Assembly (NCBI RefSeq): GCF_009914755.1
Contig: NC_060936.1
Reading direction: 5' to 3' (one strand)
Origin: the human T2T-CHM13v2.0 reference genome, Homo sapiens
Length of the DNA: 64,000 nt
Positions 14,181 to 29,878 of the stretch are shown piece by piece (positions within the stretch are counted from its first letter, which is position 1; every line of letters starts with the position of its first letter). The position numbers were made by a program, and so were the translations under genes. The notes beneath the pieces are model-generated. The model ran no database searches, was not told the origin of the DNA, and saw only the letters and a list, made by a program, of their open reading frames with translations.

Positions 14181-15117
14181 AAGGCTACCTTTTTAACGCA
14201 GAAAACTAAGAAGCCTCTTCAGGTTTCTGAATAAAGAACGAGAAGGCAATGATGATGAAAACTGGAAACAAGCAGGTGGCCATTACCGCAATTAAGGCTA
14301 AAATCTAGGTTAAGAAAGGGGAGAGAGAACTGCAAATGAAAAGGGCAAAGATGCAGTGAGGATGAGAAGTTACAAAAGCTAAAAAGAAGGAAGTAATACT
14401 AAGAGGTGTTACAGAGTCCAGCTCAAAGGACAGAAAAAAGGAGGAACTTCAGATAACAATTTTTAAAATACTTATTAACAGCCAATTATGAGTCAGGTAC
14501 TTTACAAGGTGTTCAATGGACATTATCTATTTTACTTATTTTTATTTTATCTTTTTGGTTTACTTTTTTTCTTTTTTTTTCATTTTACATTATCTATTTT
14601 AATCCTCACAATATCCCTGTAAGGTAGGTATATTACCTTCAGTTTCCAGATCAAGAAACTGAAGTGCACAGAAGTTTGAAGTAACTTACTCAAACCACTT
14701 CACTAATAACCAGGGTAGGCAGGACTCAAATACAGACAGTTTGCCTCCAAAATACATGGTCCTAATCACCTCCCTATGTTGTGTCCATGCAGTCACGAGT
14801 TTGGCATGAGGAGAGCTGGAGGAAGAGCCCAGGAGACAGTGAAGAGGAAGCAAGAGGCTGTATATGTAGCCAGCTGGGTTTGGGGGCACCTCATGAGTAT
14901 CCCATAGCACAAACGGGCAAACTCTGTTACTGGCACATTAACTAAAAGACAAAACTCCACATAAACCTGAGTCCTTCCAACCAACCCGGAGACTTACCCA
15001 AATCTAATCTAAATAACAACAACAAAAAAGAAAAAATCACTATGAGCCTGTAAGTCATTAAGGGGGTACATCTTCAAATGACATGCTATCACTAACCATG
15101 GCTTAAAACCCCACAGA

Positions 15118-15311
15118 TCCCTAAAACTTAAAGTATAATAATAAATAAAAATAAAAAAATTTAAAAATTAAAAAAAAATTTTACATTTATCTTTAAGAAT
15201 TTGTGTTTGAGAATAATTAGCTCTTGCCATTCTACTACTCTGTATGTATGTGGGTTATCATTCTTGTGTCTTTCTTCTGCTTGAGTAAATAAAAAGCAAG
15301 AACAACAACAA
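15118..15311 (+). mobile_element. Extremely 5'-truncated L1PA with 3'-transduced sequence
   Basis: CCCTAAAACTTAAAGTATAAT + A-tail + unique ~120 nt + AATAAA + second A-rich tail; TSD AAAACCCCACAGA. Confidence 0.8.
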
Positions 15312-15727
15312 AAAACCCCACAGAGGAGAAGACTTAGCAATTGTAGTGAATATGGGCTGAATTCAAAAAGTGGCCTGGAGATTTTGCCTTGAATTACTTG
15401 GGTGGGATAAGGATGATGGCTCTAATAGAACCAAGCAAATGAAATACTGATAAGTATTTGCAGATATTACAAATAAATTATAATATGTATTTTGTGTGTA
15501 TGTGTTTAACCAAGTTGCAAAGTAGTTAAAGTTCTTTTGTATGAATGAAAGTGGCAGGATGACCCCAATATCTTCCATGAAAGGAAAAAATAAGTTGGGA
15601 GCAAAGTTATTCATATTCTCTATTCTCTTCTCTTTTCTACTAAACTTTGTCTCCTAAAGCCCACACATTGTCATGACTTAAGAAAATCATGTTCTCTTCT
15701 AGGTAGATTTTGATATCTGATTTTTAG

Positions 15728-17263
<1,536 letters not shown>

Positions 17264-17649
17264 AATTCCACTTTTTTGAAAGAACTAGTTCTTTTATTTT
17301 TAATTATGGTAATGGTAACCAATTCAGAGTAATTATGGATTAGGGTGCTCCAACTTATGTAACTGGGGGAAAAAAAATTCCTTACATGGAACATCAAGAG
17401 TCACTGTGGTATGTTGCTCAGGAGCTAGCAGTGTTTCTCCTCTGCTCAGCCACTGTCCACTAAAGCCACATTCCAAATACACATCACCAAGTTACCACCC
17501 AGCAGATCTGATCCTGTGGCACCAAAATGCCTCAGCAGTAAGTACCCAGGGGCCAGAGAAGCTCCAGAATTGAACAAGCCCAGGAAGCACAACAAAGTAT
17601 GGCACAGATGAGATCCCGTCAAGACCATTGCCAGGAAAATAACCAAATG

Positions 17650-17652
<3 letters not shown>

Positions 17653-17689
<37 letters not shown>
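17653..17689. repeat. (GT)~18 microsatellite
   Basis: Direct reading. Confidence 0.97.
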
Positions 17690-17692
<3 letters not shown>

Positions 17693-18198
17693 ATTCTGTT
17701 AGATCAAACACTACCTGAAATTATTGGCATGTGGACCCCGGCTCAGAAACACTGACATAAAGACTTAAATGTAATGGGATTTGTTTTCAAAAGATTTGAC
17801 TTTTCTCTGTAAAAAACACAGCAACAAGGCAACAGGGAATATTACCAAAGTTTCCCAAAGGCTTGTATAGGATTTGAAAAAGTTGGGGGAAGAATTTAAC
17901 CCTAAAAGCTTAACTGATTTTCAAACACCTGCAAATACATAATTACAGATCCTGTGAAGCTTAACCTTGGTGGTGTTAAATGTTAGCTAGAATGTCACAA
18001 GGCCAGTCCTTAGGGACAGTGTGACACACACGTCACCTTGACCACCAGATGAGTAAGCTGCACCACGTGCTGTTTTCAGACTTTTGAAATCTCTGAAATA
18101 GGCTCCTTTTCTCTAAAGAAAAAATGGGGGGCTGAGGGGGTTCACCTACACATGAGACGATCACCCACAGGACCTGCAATATTATTTGAGCTACTTAC

Positions 18199-18358
18199 CA
18201 ATGAAATCTACTGATTTGTCCAACCACGGCAAAATTTTCTCACAAAAGCTGTCATTCACAGGCACACGCAGGAAATGAGACTCGGGGATAAAGTCAGGCT
18301 TTGGACAGGTATTGCTGGCATTTAACACATAACCAATCCCATTCTGCTGCATCAGCTC
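18199..18358 (-). CDS. DUSP16: DUSP16 exon 5 (160 nt), includes general-acid Asp213
   Basis: ctccatag|GAGCTG...ATTG|gtaagt; ELMQQNGIGYVLNASNTCPKPDFIPESHFLRVPVNDSFCEKILPWLDKSVDFI. Confidence 0.97.
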
Positions 18359-19967
18359 CTATGGAGAGAAAGAGTAGCAGTTAAAGTGACTAATAATATA
18401 GTAAACATGATCATTCTGAAAGAGTGAAGTTTAATGTGATGATAAAAATGCCCAGTTTCCTTGAAATATAATTCATTCAGATCAGTGAAGTCCAAAAACC
18501 TAGCAAAATGACATCTAGAGACAAGTTTAAAGAAAAAAAAAAATTTAAGGACAACAAACGCTATTTAAAATAGTATGCTTGAAGCCCACACATCATTCAT
18601 ATAGTCAAGTCTCTATTATCTTCATTACTAGAGAGAGAAGTGGAACAAAGAATACAAAAGAAAACAACAGTTTATATGATTTTAGAATATATGGACACAC
18701 AACATTTTCTTCCCACACGGAACACGCTGGTTCTCTAAGATACAATTCTAGTCATTCTTCTCACTCTAAATACTCTCTTTGAAGGCTGCACTTACTTCTG
18801 TAGTCTTAATTACCAGTTCTACATGCTGATGGCGTGTGTGTGTGTGTCCTCTTAAATTTCCAACCCGTATCTCCAACTACCTACTGACTATCAGGATGTT
18901 CCACAGGCCCTTCACATTCAAAATGTCAGAAACTAAACATATTCTCTTTTTCCCTTTTCTGCCCCCAACTCCTGCCTCCTCTCTGTAATCCCCAAATTGG
19001 TTTAGGGTAATAACATCGACCCAGCCAACTAAGCTCGAGAATAAAATGGGGCTCCTTTCTCTTCCCCATGACCCTCATCCAAATGGCTGCCAAATCCTTT
19101 TGGAATAACCTCTTCCATTGATCCTCTCTCCTCTCTATACCCATTCACTGCTCAGTAGCCAAGATAACCAAAAAAGCCACCAGGAGCTCTTGAAGTTTGC
19201 AGTGGTTTTCTCTCCAAACCATGTTCTGAACAACTAGAGGAATCTTTGTTATGATTAACCCCAAGCTGGGTGCTTTATCCACATTCTTTTCATTTCCTTG
19301 AGTCTCATTTCCTGCTCCTGTCCCATATAGCACCCCCAACGTCAAATGTATACCCACCCTCTGTTCACACGATTCCTGTGCTTAGAAGGCCCTGTCCTTC
19401 TTCCAGAAGACACTCTTCCCACTTTTCCTACTTTAACCTCATCTGTGAACTCTTTCCCACTCATGCATAATTAACCATTCAGTTCTCTGTCCTTCCAAAG
19501 TACTTTGTTCACACCATTAATTAAGCACCTACCATAGTGTGTTACCATTAACAGATAATTCTCATCTCCCCTGTTATGTAATGAAGTAATGAGTAAGATC
19601 TTGGACCGCGTCTTGTTTTTGCACCTTCAGCCCAGCTATAGAATTGCACTCAAAACAATCTGTTCAACTGACATCCATCCACCATTTAGCAGGCAAGCCC
19701 ACACAAACCCGCTTCATTTAGTCATCCCCCTGCTGCCTCTCAGGAGACGTTCCAAGCCTGGAATAATTATCTTAGTCTAAGCAATCTTGGTCATTTCTTC
19801 CTTCTCTTGGAATACTACCTTTTCTACAAATCTTTTCCAACTACCTGAAAGAAAATGGGCAATTTTCTTCCTATATTACCCTTCTGAAACATGCCAGTTC
19901 CCTAATCTCTTCATTTACTACATTTGGCACAATAAATATACTTTATTTTACATAAAAGGTGAACAGC

Positions 19968-20272
19968 AGCCGGGCGCAGTGACTCATGCCTGTAATCCCA
20001 GCACTTTGGGATGGCCGAGGCAGGAGGATCACCTGAGGTCGGGAGTTTGAAACCAGCCTGACCAACATGGAGAAACCCCAACTCTACTAAAACTACAAAA
20101 TTATCCAGGTGTGGTGGCACATGTCTGTAATCCCAGCTACTCGGGAAAGTTGAGGCAGAAGAATCGCTTGAACTCAGGAGGCAGAGGTTGTGGTGAGCTG
20201 AGATCGCGCCATTGCACTCCAGCCTGGGCAACAAGAGCAAAACTCCATCTCAAACAAACACACAAACAAAAA
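19968..20272 (+). mobile_element. AluS
   Basis: Alu consensus; degenerate TSD flanks (aaaaggtgaacagca / aaaagtggacagca). Confidence 0.92.
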
Positions 20273-21169
20273 AGTGGACAGCATAAATCCAGATTGTGTA
20301 TGCAACCATCTCTTATCTCTGAGATGACAATGTCAATAAACAGCTTTTGGAACTAGGTGGATTTCTTAGATTGGCCAACACCCTTCAGCTATGCCAGAGC
20401 CCAAGTCTTCTGATGGTCTCATGCTTCTGTTAGGTTAACAATCAGGCTACGTAGATCTTAATGGTATTTACTACAACCTTTAAACTTTTGTACATGTAGC
20501 AAAGGTTACATTTGTTTTTCTATGTGTGAACCCAAGGTGAGTTTATCTAGTACTATCTGATCAACAACAGGGTGCAGAAACTGATTCAGGATCACTCATG
20601 TAAGAACAGAAGTGGGTCACTGGAGTTAAATCAGCCTTTGAGGACTTTCTCACCAATAGTCCTTTCCACCAACGGTACTACATTTTTCTCCTTTCCACCA
20701 ATGGTACTACAGATATGTTAAATTAAAAGTAAAGGAATTAGTAATATCCCTATCCACTCAATTCAATAATGAAGAAATTACAGAAGTTTCTGAGAAATGA
20801 GGTGACTCTAATAGTGTTACACACTGTACACAATCAAAAGACAACAGGAAATTCTAAGAGAAAACATGTTGCAAGTCAATAAGGACTGTCAAAATTGATT
20901 TTCCATAGAAAAAATACGATGTACACTTCTGACAAGTAAACTTAATAGCCTACATTTTAAAGAAATGACAACCTATATTAAGTCAAAAAATATTTATTGA
21001 GCACCTTTGTTAGAGACCTTTTAATTAGACAATGACACACGGTACTGATTAAGAAAATCATATCTAACATTTAATGAATGCCTACAATGTGCCAGGTACT
21101 GTATTAAGCATTTAAATGGACTGTCTCATTTAATTCTCACAACCACCCTTTGATGTGGGTTCAATTATT

Positions 21170-21388
21170 GACCTCCTGGGGTCAAGTGATCCACCTGCCT
21201 CAGACTCCTGAGTAGCTGGAACTACAGGCATGTGCCACTGCTCCCCTCAAATTTTTAAACATTTTTTTTGTAGAGACAGGGTCTCGCTGTATTGTCCAGG
21301 CTGCTCTCAAACTTATGGCCTCAAGCGATCCTCCTACCTTGGCCTCCCAAAGTGCTTGGATTATAGGCATGAGCTACTGTATGCAGCT
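21170..21388 (-). mobile_element. Partial AluJ abutting a MIR fragment
   Basis: Alu consensus lacking its 3' part. Confidence 0.8.
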
Positions 21389-22387
21389 AGTAAAATATTT
21401 TAAACGCAAAATGGACTGAGAAAAAATTAAATAATTTCAATGGCTTTATTTATAAAATTTTTAGCTTAAAAGGTCTATTGATTAAATCTACTATCCAGAT
21501 GCTACCTGAAAATTTTTTTGGAATAGTAAGATGGGACTTGATAAATAAAACAAGTACAATTTGTAAAAACAAACAAACCAAAAACAAAAAAAAACCCTTA
21601 AATACTTAATATAATTTGGCTACTAAATTAAATATCATAAATAAGTGCCTTCTTATCTGGATTGGTAGTCAGTGGAAAAAGTCAGTTAAGGGGGAAATCA
21701 TTAAAAATGATATATACATACTCGAAACATCATTTTAACTTAAAACAAATAAACATGCATGAATACACTGATTTCTGATGCAGGACCACAGCTTCTTGTT
21801 TTCTAGGTTAGCTGACTGGAGTTCGTAAGCAAATCACACCTAAGTGCATCTACCACTTCTACTTTTCATTTTTTAAAGAAGAGCAGGAACTTGTAAAACA
21901 CTATCAGTGCCAAAGCCTTCTAGATTAAAACTGTCCCCCAAATACTTTACAGCTCCCTTATTCCCACCTAATTTGACAAACATATATATGGCAATCTGTC
22001 TTTCCTGAATCTTTCCAAAACACCTGACTTAGGTCACAGAAAAGCATCCCTCTTCCTTCACATTTCATTGGTGTATGTCCTATTTTAATTAACATACATA
22101 ATTATAATAACAAGTCCAGTGGCCTAAAGTTCGAGAACAAACACAACTGATTCTTGGTAAGTATACTATTCAAATGGTGGAGGCAGACGTGCTACAGCAA
22201 AGAGCCCACTCATGCAGCAGGCATTCACCTTCCAAAGATGTGGGGAAAAGATGTCGTGAAATCTCTGGAGTCAGTTAAGAAAGTTTCTAAAGTTTCATGT
22301 AACTGTTGTTAGTTTGCTCTCTTGATTTTTTTAATTTTTTTTTTTTTTTACAAACTTCAATACAAATGGCTGGGAGGGGATCTTAAT

Positions 22388-22520
22388 TTTTGTTGGTGTT
22401 TTTAAGACACAGGGTCCCACCATGTTGTCCAGGCTAACCTCAAACTCCTGGATTCGAGTGATCCTCCCGTCTCAGCCTCCCGAGTAGCTGGGATTACAGG
22501 CGTGTGCCACCATACCTGAC
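22388..22520 (-). mobile_element. FLAM/Alu monomer
   Basis: Single Alu arm. Confidence 0.8.
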
Positions 22521-22839
22521 TCATCTTATTGTTTGTAATGGTGAAACTGAGATGGAACTATAATTATGAAGAATGAGTCTGATTCTTTTGTGGAATAAGG
22601 ATTGCTTTTATTTATAGATACGTATCAATGACTTCTTACTAAATTATAAAAAGATATTTATATAATTCATTCAGTTTAGTTTCAGCATGCTGTATAAAAC
22701 ATACACAACTGAATATTTACTCTGCCCTATAATTAAACATCATAATCTTTAAGCTTCTAGAGAGCAGTCACCATATGCTGTTAAATATTTAGCTCAACTT
22801 TGTGCTAAGTCTGCAAATACACACTTTCTACTGATTAGA

Positions 22840-25215
22840 TAATCCTTCTTCACTGGCCTTCAAAGATCCTTCCAACACCTTGGCCTCACAGTTCTTTGAA
22901 CTCCTCATCTTGGCCTCTCACTCTCATGAGATCTAGCCTGGTCTCTGTCATTACCAATTACCACAAACCCTCCATAATCTTGATTTCATGCACCCTTCCA
23001 CTTTCCAGCTCACTCAAGATCTCTTATACTACACTACACCCAGAATCTGTAAACCCCTGCAGGAGGACCTACAGTCTGATGATCTACTAATTTTCTCTGT
23101 CCTTCATCCCCATGATGTCTGTCTGCCTTCCTTGCCCAATGTAAATTCTATAATCAGTTATTACAATCACTCCTTTCCTTTTACCCCAACTTCCTCTGCC
23201 CTCATCAATTGTTCGTACTCACTTGGCAAGATTACAACCCTAGTTAAGTCTAATTCTCCACCTAGTCAGCACTGCCCATGCCACTGAACATGGCCAGAGA
23301 AAAACACTCCACAATGCTACCTGATCTAACTTTCAATTCATACTCCTCAGCAATCTCTGTATTTCCCCAGTCCATTCACTTTTTCTCTTTCCCATATGCC
23401 ATTCTGTTTCCCTTTTTCTTCAAACTCCCTATATGTCCCCACTCATCTTCACTCACAGCTGAAGAATGACCTTGCTTCCTACTACAATGGAAAAACTGAA
23501 ACAGTCAGAGGCAAATTTTGATAGACTTCCATCACCACATTTACCCATCTCTCAGCAAATGCGCCCAGATATAATGCCTTCCCACCTGCTGTTTTGGGCG
23601 AACTGTCCATACTCGTAAGGCCAATCCCTCCGCTTGCTAAATAAATCCATCCCCTCTTGCTCAAGAACATAGCTTTGTGATTCTCCTTTCTCCTACATCA
23701 ATTTTCCACTGTACAGGATCATTCTTCCTACCTGCAATCAAACAAACCATTATTTCTCCCACCTTAAAAATATCTCCTCTCAGCTTCGCGTCTCCCTCCA
23801 GCCATTACCCCATATCTTTGAAATTCCTTGAAAGAACCCCTTCTACTTGATATCTCCAGCTCCACTCCTCCTGTTATCTCCTGAACCCACTCCATTCAGG
23901 CTTTCACCCCCAACACTCTACCAAAACTGCTCAATGATCACCAGCGATAGTCATGTTGCTAAATCCAATGACCAATTCTCAGTCTTCATCTTTCTTGACC
24001 TAAAGTACTACTTGGCACACTCGACTGCTCCTTCCTCCTGGAAAACACGTTGTTTATTTGCCTCCCTGATTACTTGATTTCCTTCCTTCCTCAATATTTA
24101 CTTCTCAATATTCTTTGTTGGGTCATTCTCAACTCCCCAGACTTTCAGGGTGGGAGTGCTCACGGCTCAATCCTTTTCTCATCTATATTTTGCCTCTTAG
24201 TAATTATCTGATCATCTCTTATGACATCAAGTACTGTCTGTATGTTAATGACTCCCACCTTTATACCTCCTCCTTCAGGGATCCCCCTGCCCCATTCATA
24301 CATCCATCTGTCTACTCAACATCTCCACTTGGAAGTATAACAGGCATTTCGAACTCAGCGTGTCCAGAACTGACTCCTGCCCTTCCTACAGACTCCATCT
24401 CAGTTAATGGCAACTGCATCTCCGAGTCTCCTTGACACCTCTCTTTTTCACACACCCCTACCATCCAATCCTATTGGCTATACCTTCAATATAGAGCCCA
24501 AATCTCACCATTACTGCCACCTTGACTTCAACACATTACCATGGAGCCTCCTAACCGGCCTTCCTGCTTCCATCCAGTAGGAAATTCAGGCTATTTTCAA
24601 CACAGAAGCTAAAGTGATCCTAACAATGTAAGTCAGATTATGTTGCTCCTCTGCTTGGAACCTTCCAATGACTCCCTCTGAACTCTTTTTCTCAGAGTAA
24701 AAGCTCCCGTCTTTCCAAGTCCTATGCAGAAATCTTGTATTGTCTGGATCTGCTCCTGTTACCTCTCTGACGACACTCTCCCATGCTCACTCTGCTCCAG
24801 CCACACTGGCCTCGCTCTTCCTTTAGCATACCACATGTGCTTTGCCTTGGTGGCTTCTTCTGCCTGTACTGCTCTTCCTCCAGATATTCAAATGGCTTAC
24901 TCTTTGACCTCCTTTGAGTGTTTGTTCAAATGCCTCTATCTCAATTAGGCCACTTTGATCACCCATTTAATTACAACCCACACCTCACAGGTAATCCCCA
25001 GCCCTCTTACCCTGTTTTCTTCATAGCACTCATACTGTACTATACTATGTAATTTACCTATTTATTATGCTTCCTATCAAGTTTCTTTCTCCTAGGATGT
25101 AAGCTAATGAAAGCAGAGATTATTGTCTCATTTCCTGGTGTACCCCCAGCACCTAGAACACTGTTTGGCACATGGTAGAGGCTCAATAAACATTTGTTGG
25201 GCGAATACATGAACG
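22840..25215 (+). mobile_element. Long L2 (LINE2) remnant
   Basis: CT-rich body ending in the L2 3' motif cagcacctagaacac..ggcacatggtag..ctcaataaacatttgttg. Confidence 0.75.
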
Positions 25216-26099
25216 AACCCTTATCCCTGAAGCTGACTAAAATCAGTATCTAGTAACTGGTTTATTAGCATCTTCTAATGAGAAACCTTCATATATGTTC
25301 CTTGCACATTTTCATTTTACAAGTCACTGTAAAATATCATTAACTTACATTCATTTCATAATTTAAAAAAGACTGTTTTTCCTGGGTTGAAAATTTTAGA
25401 TTCTCAAATTCATTAACAGAAGGTTTTCTGAGTAAATTAACAGAAGGTGTGTTTACTTAATGTTTAAGGACATGTACATTTCATACAAGTTGCATGGGTT
25501 ACAAATTAGGATATAACTATTTATTTTGAAAAATAATCACCAAGGGCTTACTATGCATCAAGGTATTCTGGGGCATAAAAAAGCAAGTGTTCTCACTGAG
25601 GGATGAATAGTCTACTAGCAACTGTAAGACAGTTGCACGAATAATGATGATACAAAGAGGTATCCGATGAATATAATGTAGCAGGATAAACAAAATGGCA
25701 GTGGAAAACAGGAGTAAAACCAAAGGGAAGGATTCTGAGAAGACTATTTATAATGGGAACTAAAATTGTCAGCTGAAGCTCAGATGGCGGTAGAGGCATT
25801 CCAGATGGAGTATAGAAAATGAATGAAGACCAAGGACAGGACAGAAATATCTGGGGTGCACTCACTAGGTGAGTGTGTCCAGACATTGAAAGAGGATGAG
25901 CAGAGGAAGAGAACAGGAGAGGTAAGAACTAAAAAGGTGGTATTAGGTCCTGGAAGGTCTTAAATATCAAGCTAAAGAGTTTTACTGCCAAGCTACAGAA
26001 CTTTATCAAATGCCATACTGAGAAGACTGATCGATTTATTAAAGCAAACTCCTAAAGGATCTCTTCTTGGAAACAATTCATTAGTGGTTAGTGTGGAAT

Positions 26100-26335
26100 C
26101 TCAGTGTGGCACGGAATAAAGTAAAGTACATGGGTAACGGCCCCAGAAAAACCAGAGCACAGCCCAGCGCATTACCACTCATCGCCTGGGTGATCTTGGG
26201 AAGGTTACCTAACCTCCGGTAGCTTTAATTTCCTCACCTGTAAAATAAGGCTAATGATGTGTATTTTGTAAAGCCAGTATGAGGATAATAAAGTGCCTGA
26301 CACATAATATAGGGTCCCCTGAAATGTTAGTTCTC
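26100..26335 (+). mobile_element. MIR
   Basis: tttcctcacctgtaaaataagg core. Confidence 0.65.
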
Positions 26336-28140
26336 TTATTTTATCTTGTTGTAAAAATTGCTTGTAAATTGTATGGTATATGAATTATATCTCAGTAAAG
26401 CCATTACAAAAAAAAAAAAAAAAAAAAGCCCATGATGTATATTTTTCACTAATCCAAACTGTCTTTTCTCCTAATTGGTGTTAAGTAGGGAAATTACATT
26501 GAATACAGCAGGCGAGGTTCATCTGCAAAGTGAAGACATACTCCCCCTAAGGATTTAAATAGTGATTCTAGTTTCAACACACAGTTGAGTAAACTTTCAA
26601 AAATGATTATCTGTAAACCAAGACAAATTTCATTTTATTATTATGATTTCCATTCACAACTTTTCTCCCTTGAAAACTTTCTCTCTCCTAACCCTGAAAT
26701 AAGCTTTCTCCTGCAGTCAGACTAATTTCTAAATATGAGTTCTATGATCCTTTGATGCAGACTGTGAAGTAGTACAGAGAGAACAGATTAATATATGGCC
26801 TTAATGAAACTGCTCTGTTTGGTCAAATTCTCTCTGTTCAGTGAGGCTGAGGACAGAGATCTCATTAAATAACCACAGGCATTTCAATTCTAGATAAAAG
26901 AATTGTAATTTTTCTTTCTGAAGTCAATTCCATGACTAATTTTGCATTTGCCCATCCATTTGCCTTCAAAACTGGCCTCAAGTCCTACTTAACTCCATCA
27001 AGCCTTCCTCAAACGACAAAACACACTGTATCTACTACTCACCCTAGTAGGCTGCATAGTCTACCCTAAGATGACAATGACAAGTGTCCCTATAAACCAG
27101 GAACTGTGCTTGGCATATGCCATTTCATTTGAATGTTACATGAACACCAGGAGGCCGGAGTTATTGTGGCGTGTAGGTAAAGAGACTGAGATGCAGTAAC
27201 AGCTGAAGTGATATGGCTGGTAAGGTGGAGAACTGGGATGCAAAACTGTCCACCCCTAAAGCTGGCTCTCAACCATCATGCCGTGCTGCTTCCACACTGG
27301 GAGGGACACTGTAGTCACCTTGTCATGTCAATTGTTGTTTAATGAATAGGTCTTGTCTAACCAACTTGAACACTGTATGGTGTTCTACATAGAGTGACAT
27401 CATAGACATTGAAGAAATATTTTATTGATAATTTTGACACGCTTTTGTGTTCCTAGATCATATATTTCCACTGGAAACTCTGAAAGCATTCTTAGCCTAT
27501 ATTGTGTTTAGGCTATTTGTTGCCTAACTCTTCTAAGAAAACAACAGAGAATGTAGCAGTCAGTCTTCCTACTGTGTACCAGGCAGAACAATAAGAAAGC
27601 CTAGGAAAACCAATTTTGCATGTTAAGAGGCTGAAATAAGAAGCTATACAAAAAATGTTGACAGCAGATTATTTAAATGGAGAAGGAGCAGGCAGCAGAG
27701 CTCCTTTAGAAAAGAAGCTGCAGTGGTTCACCTCAGATACAGTTCTGCTTAATAACTACTCCCAATAGGTAAGTCAGTCATATGCTGCATATATTTAAAT
27801 GTGAACAAAAGTCTGCATTTGAAATTGTAACTGATAAGAGAGAAAAGCAATCAAGAACTTTTGTCTTTCACAGAGTAACCAGAGATTCTTTCTCAAATCC
27901 CACTCATTTCAAATATGAACTAGGCATCAGCAGATGACTTTTATTTAGTACAATAAGCTGCTCCCATTTCAGCTCTAGTACAAAGACTAGAGGATGAAAG
28001 AACACACTCTGAGAAACAAAGTACAGTTGTGAGGGAAAAGGAAAATAAAAGTATGTTTTTGGTACCGATGACCTCTTATGGTCTTCTACAAAAGAACCAT
28101 GTCTTTAAAACATCAGTAAAAATTAATACATGCTGAGACC

Positions 28141-28458
28141 TAGACTGTCCAATAAGGTAGCAGCCACAAGCCACACATGGCTACTGAGCACCTAAAATGT
28201 GACTACTCCAAATTGAGATGTGCTGTAAGTATAAAATACACACCAGATTTTAAAGACTCAGTACAAAAAGAGACTGTAAAATATCTCAGTAATTTTGTAT
28301 ACTGATTGCATGTTGAAATACTATTTTAGATATACTAGGTTAAATATGTTATTTTTAAACATTAAAATTAGTTTTGCCCATTTCTTTACTTTTAAAGGCC
28401 ACTGGAAAAATTTAAATTATGTATGTGACTTGCATTATATTTCTGTTGGACGGTACTG
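28141..28458. mobile_element. MER33/MER3-type hAT-Charlie element
   Basis: ctgtccaata...agccacacatggctactgagcac...ttctgttggacggtactg. Confidence 0.75.
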
Positions 28459-28860
28459 GTATAGATGATGTTGCAGAAAAAACAGGGAAAGAAATTCTCC
28501 ATTGTGACTCAATAGACTTAAGATTTCAGTCCTTCGTAACAGCCTGCTATAGAGAATTCCTTTTTCCAGAAGATGGGCATTTTTGGTGTAATATAAGCAT
28601 GGGACTTAAAATTACAGCAGCCTCGGTTTACATTTGATCTGTGCCACTGACTAGCTCTGAAGTCCATGACATAATCTCGGGTAAGTGACTTAGCTCAGGG
28701 CAAATGTATCTCCTAATCCTATTATGAGGGTTAAATGCAATAATATAAAAAGCCCAGCATTTTAAATGGGAAACATTATGATTCTCCCAAGAAAATTTCT
28801 GTGACATGCTTCTAACATATTTTGGTGGCACTTCATTTAAAAAAAAAAAAAAGACTAATA

Positions 28861-29229
<369 letters not shown>

Positions 29230-29552
29230 TTAATAAAAAGAACTGTACTGTTAGGGAAGATTATAAAATTTTCATTTTTGGAGATCTTTAGGAAAAAAAG
29301 AAGCATATTATTTCTCTTGGAAAGTATAAATCACGAAGTTCAGCAGGATGATAGGTTAGTTAATACTATTTGTAAAAAAGAGGCAAATCTAGTTCTAAAA
29401 CTCAACTGGATAATGTTGGGGAATTCATGTAACATTTTTGGAATACTGATTTCCTCACTTATCAAATGCTGGTGGCTGACTAAATGATCTCTGAAATCTC
29501 CTTCAACGCTAAGGTTTTTGTCAACAACGAACCTAGAGGTCAAACATGCATT

Positions 29553-29569
29553 TCTTTATTTTATTTTTT

Positions 29570-29600
<31 letters not shown>

Positions 29601-29878
29601 TTTGAGATAGGGCTTTGCTCTGTCACCCAGGCTAGAGTACACTGGCACAATCTGGGCTCAGTGCAGCCTCTGCCTCCCAAGCTCAAGCAATCCTCCCACC
29701 TCAGCCTCCCAAGTAGCTGGAACTACAGGCTAGGGCCACAAAGCCCGGCTAATTTTTGTAATTTTTGTAGAGACGGGGTTTTGCCACGTTGTCCTGGCTG
29801 TTCTCAAACTCCTGAGCTCAAATGATCTGCCCACCTGACCCTTCCAAGGTGCTAGGATTCCAAAGTGTGTGAGCCACA
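29553..29878 (-). mobile_element. AluJ with (TTTA)n tail
   Basis: Alu consensus. Confidence 0.9.

Noticed and set aside
18356-18361. TAGGAG tandem (NAGNAG) acceptor at exon 5
   Set aside because: GAG acceptors are rarely used; no support.
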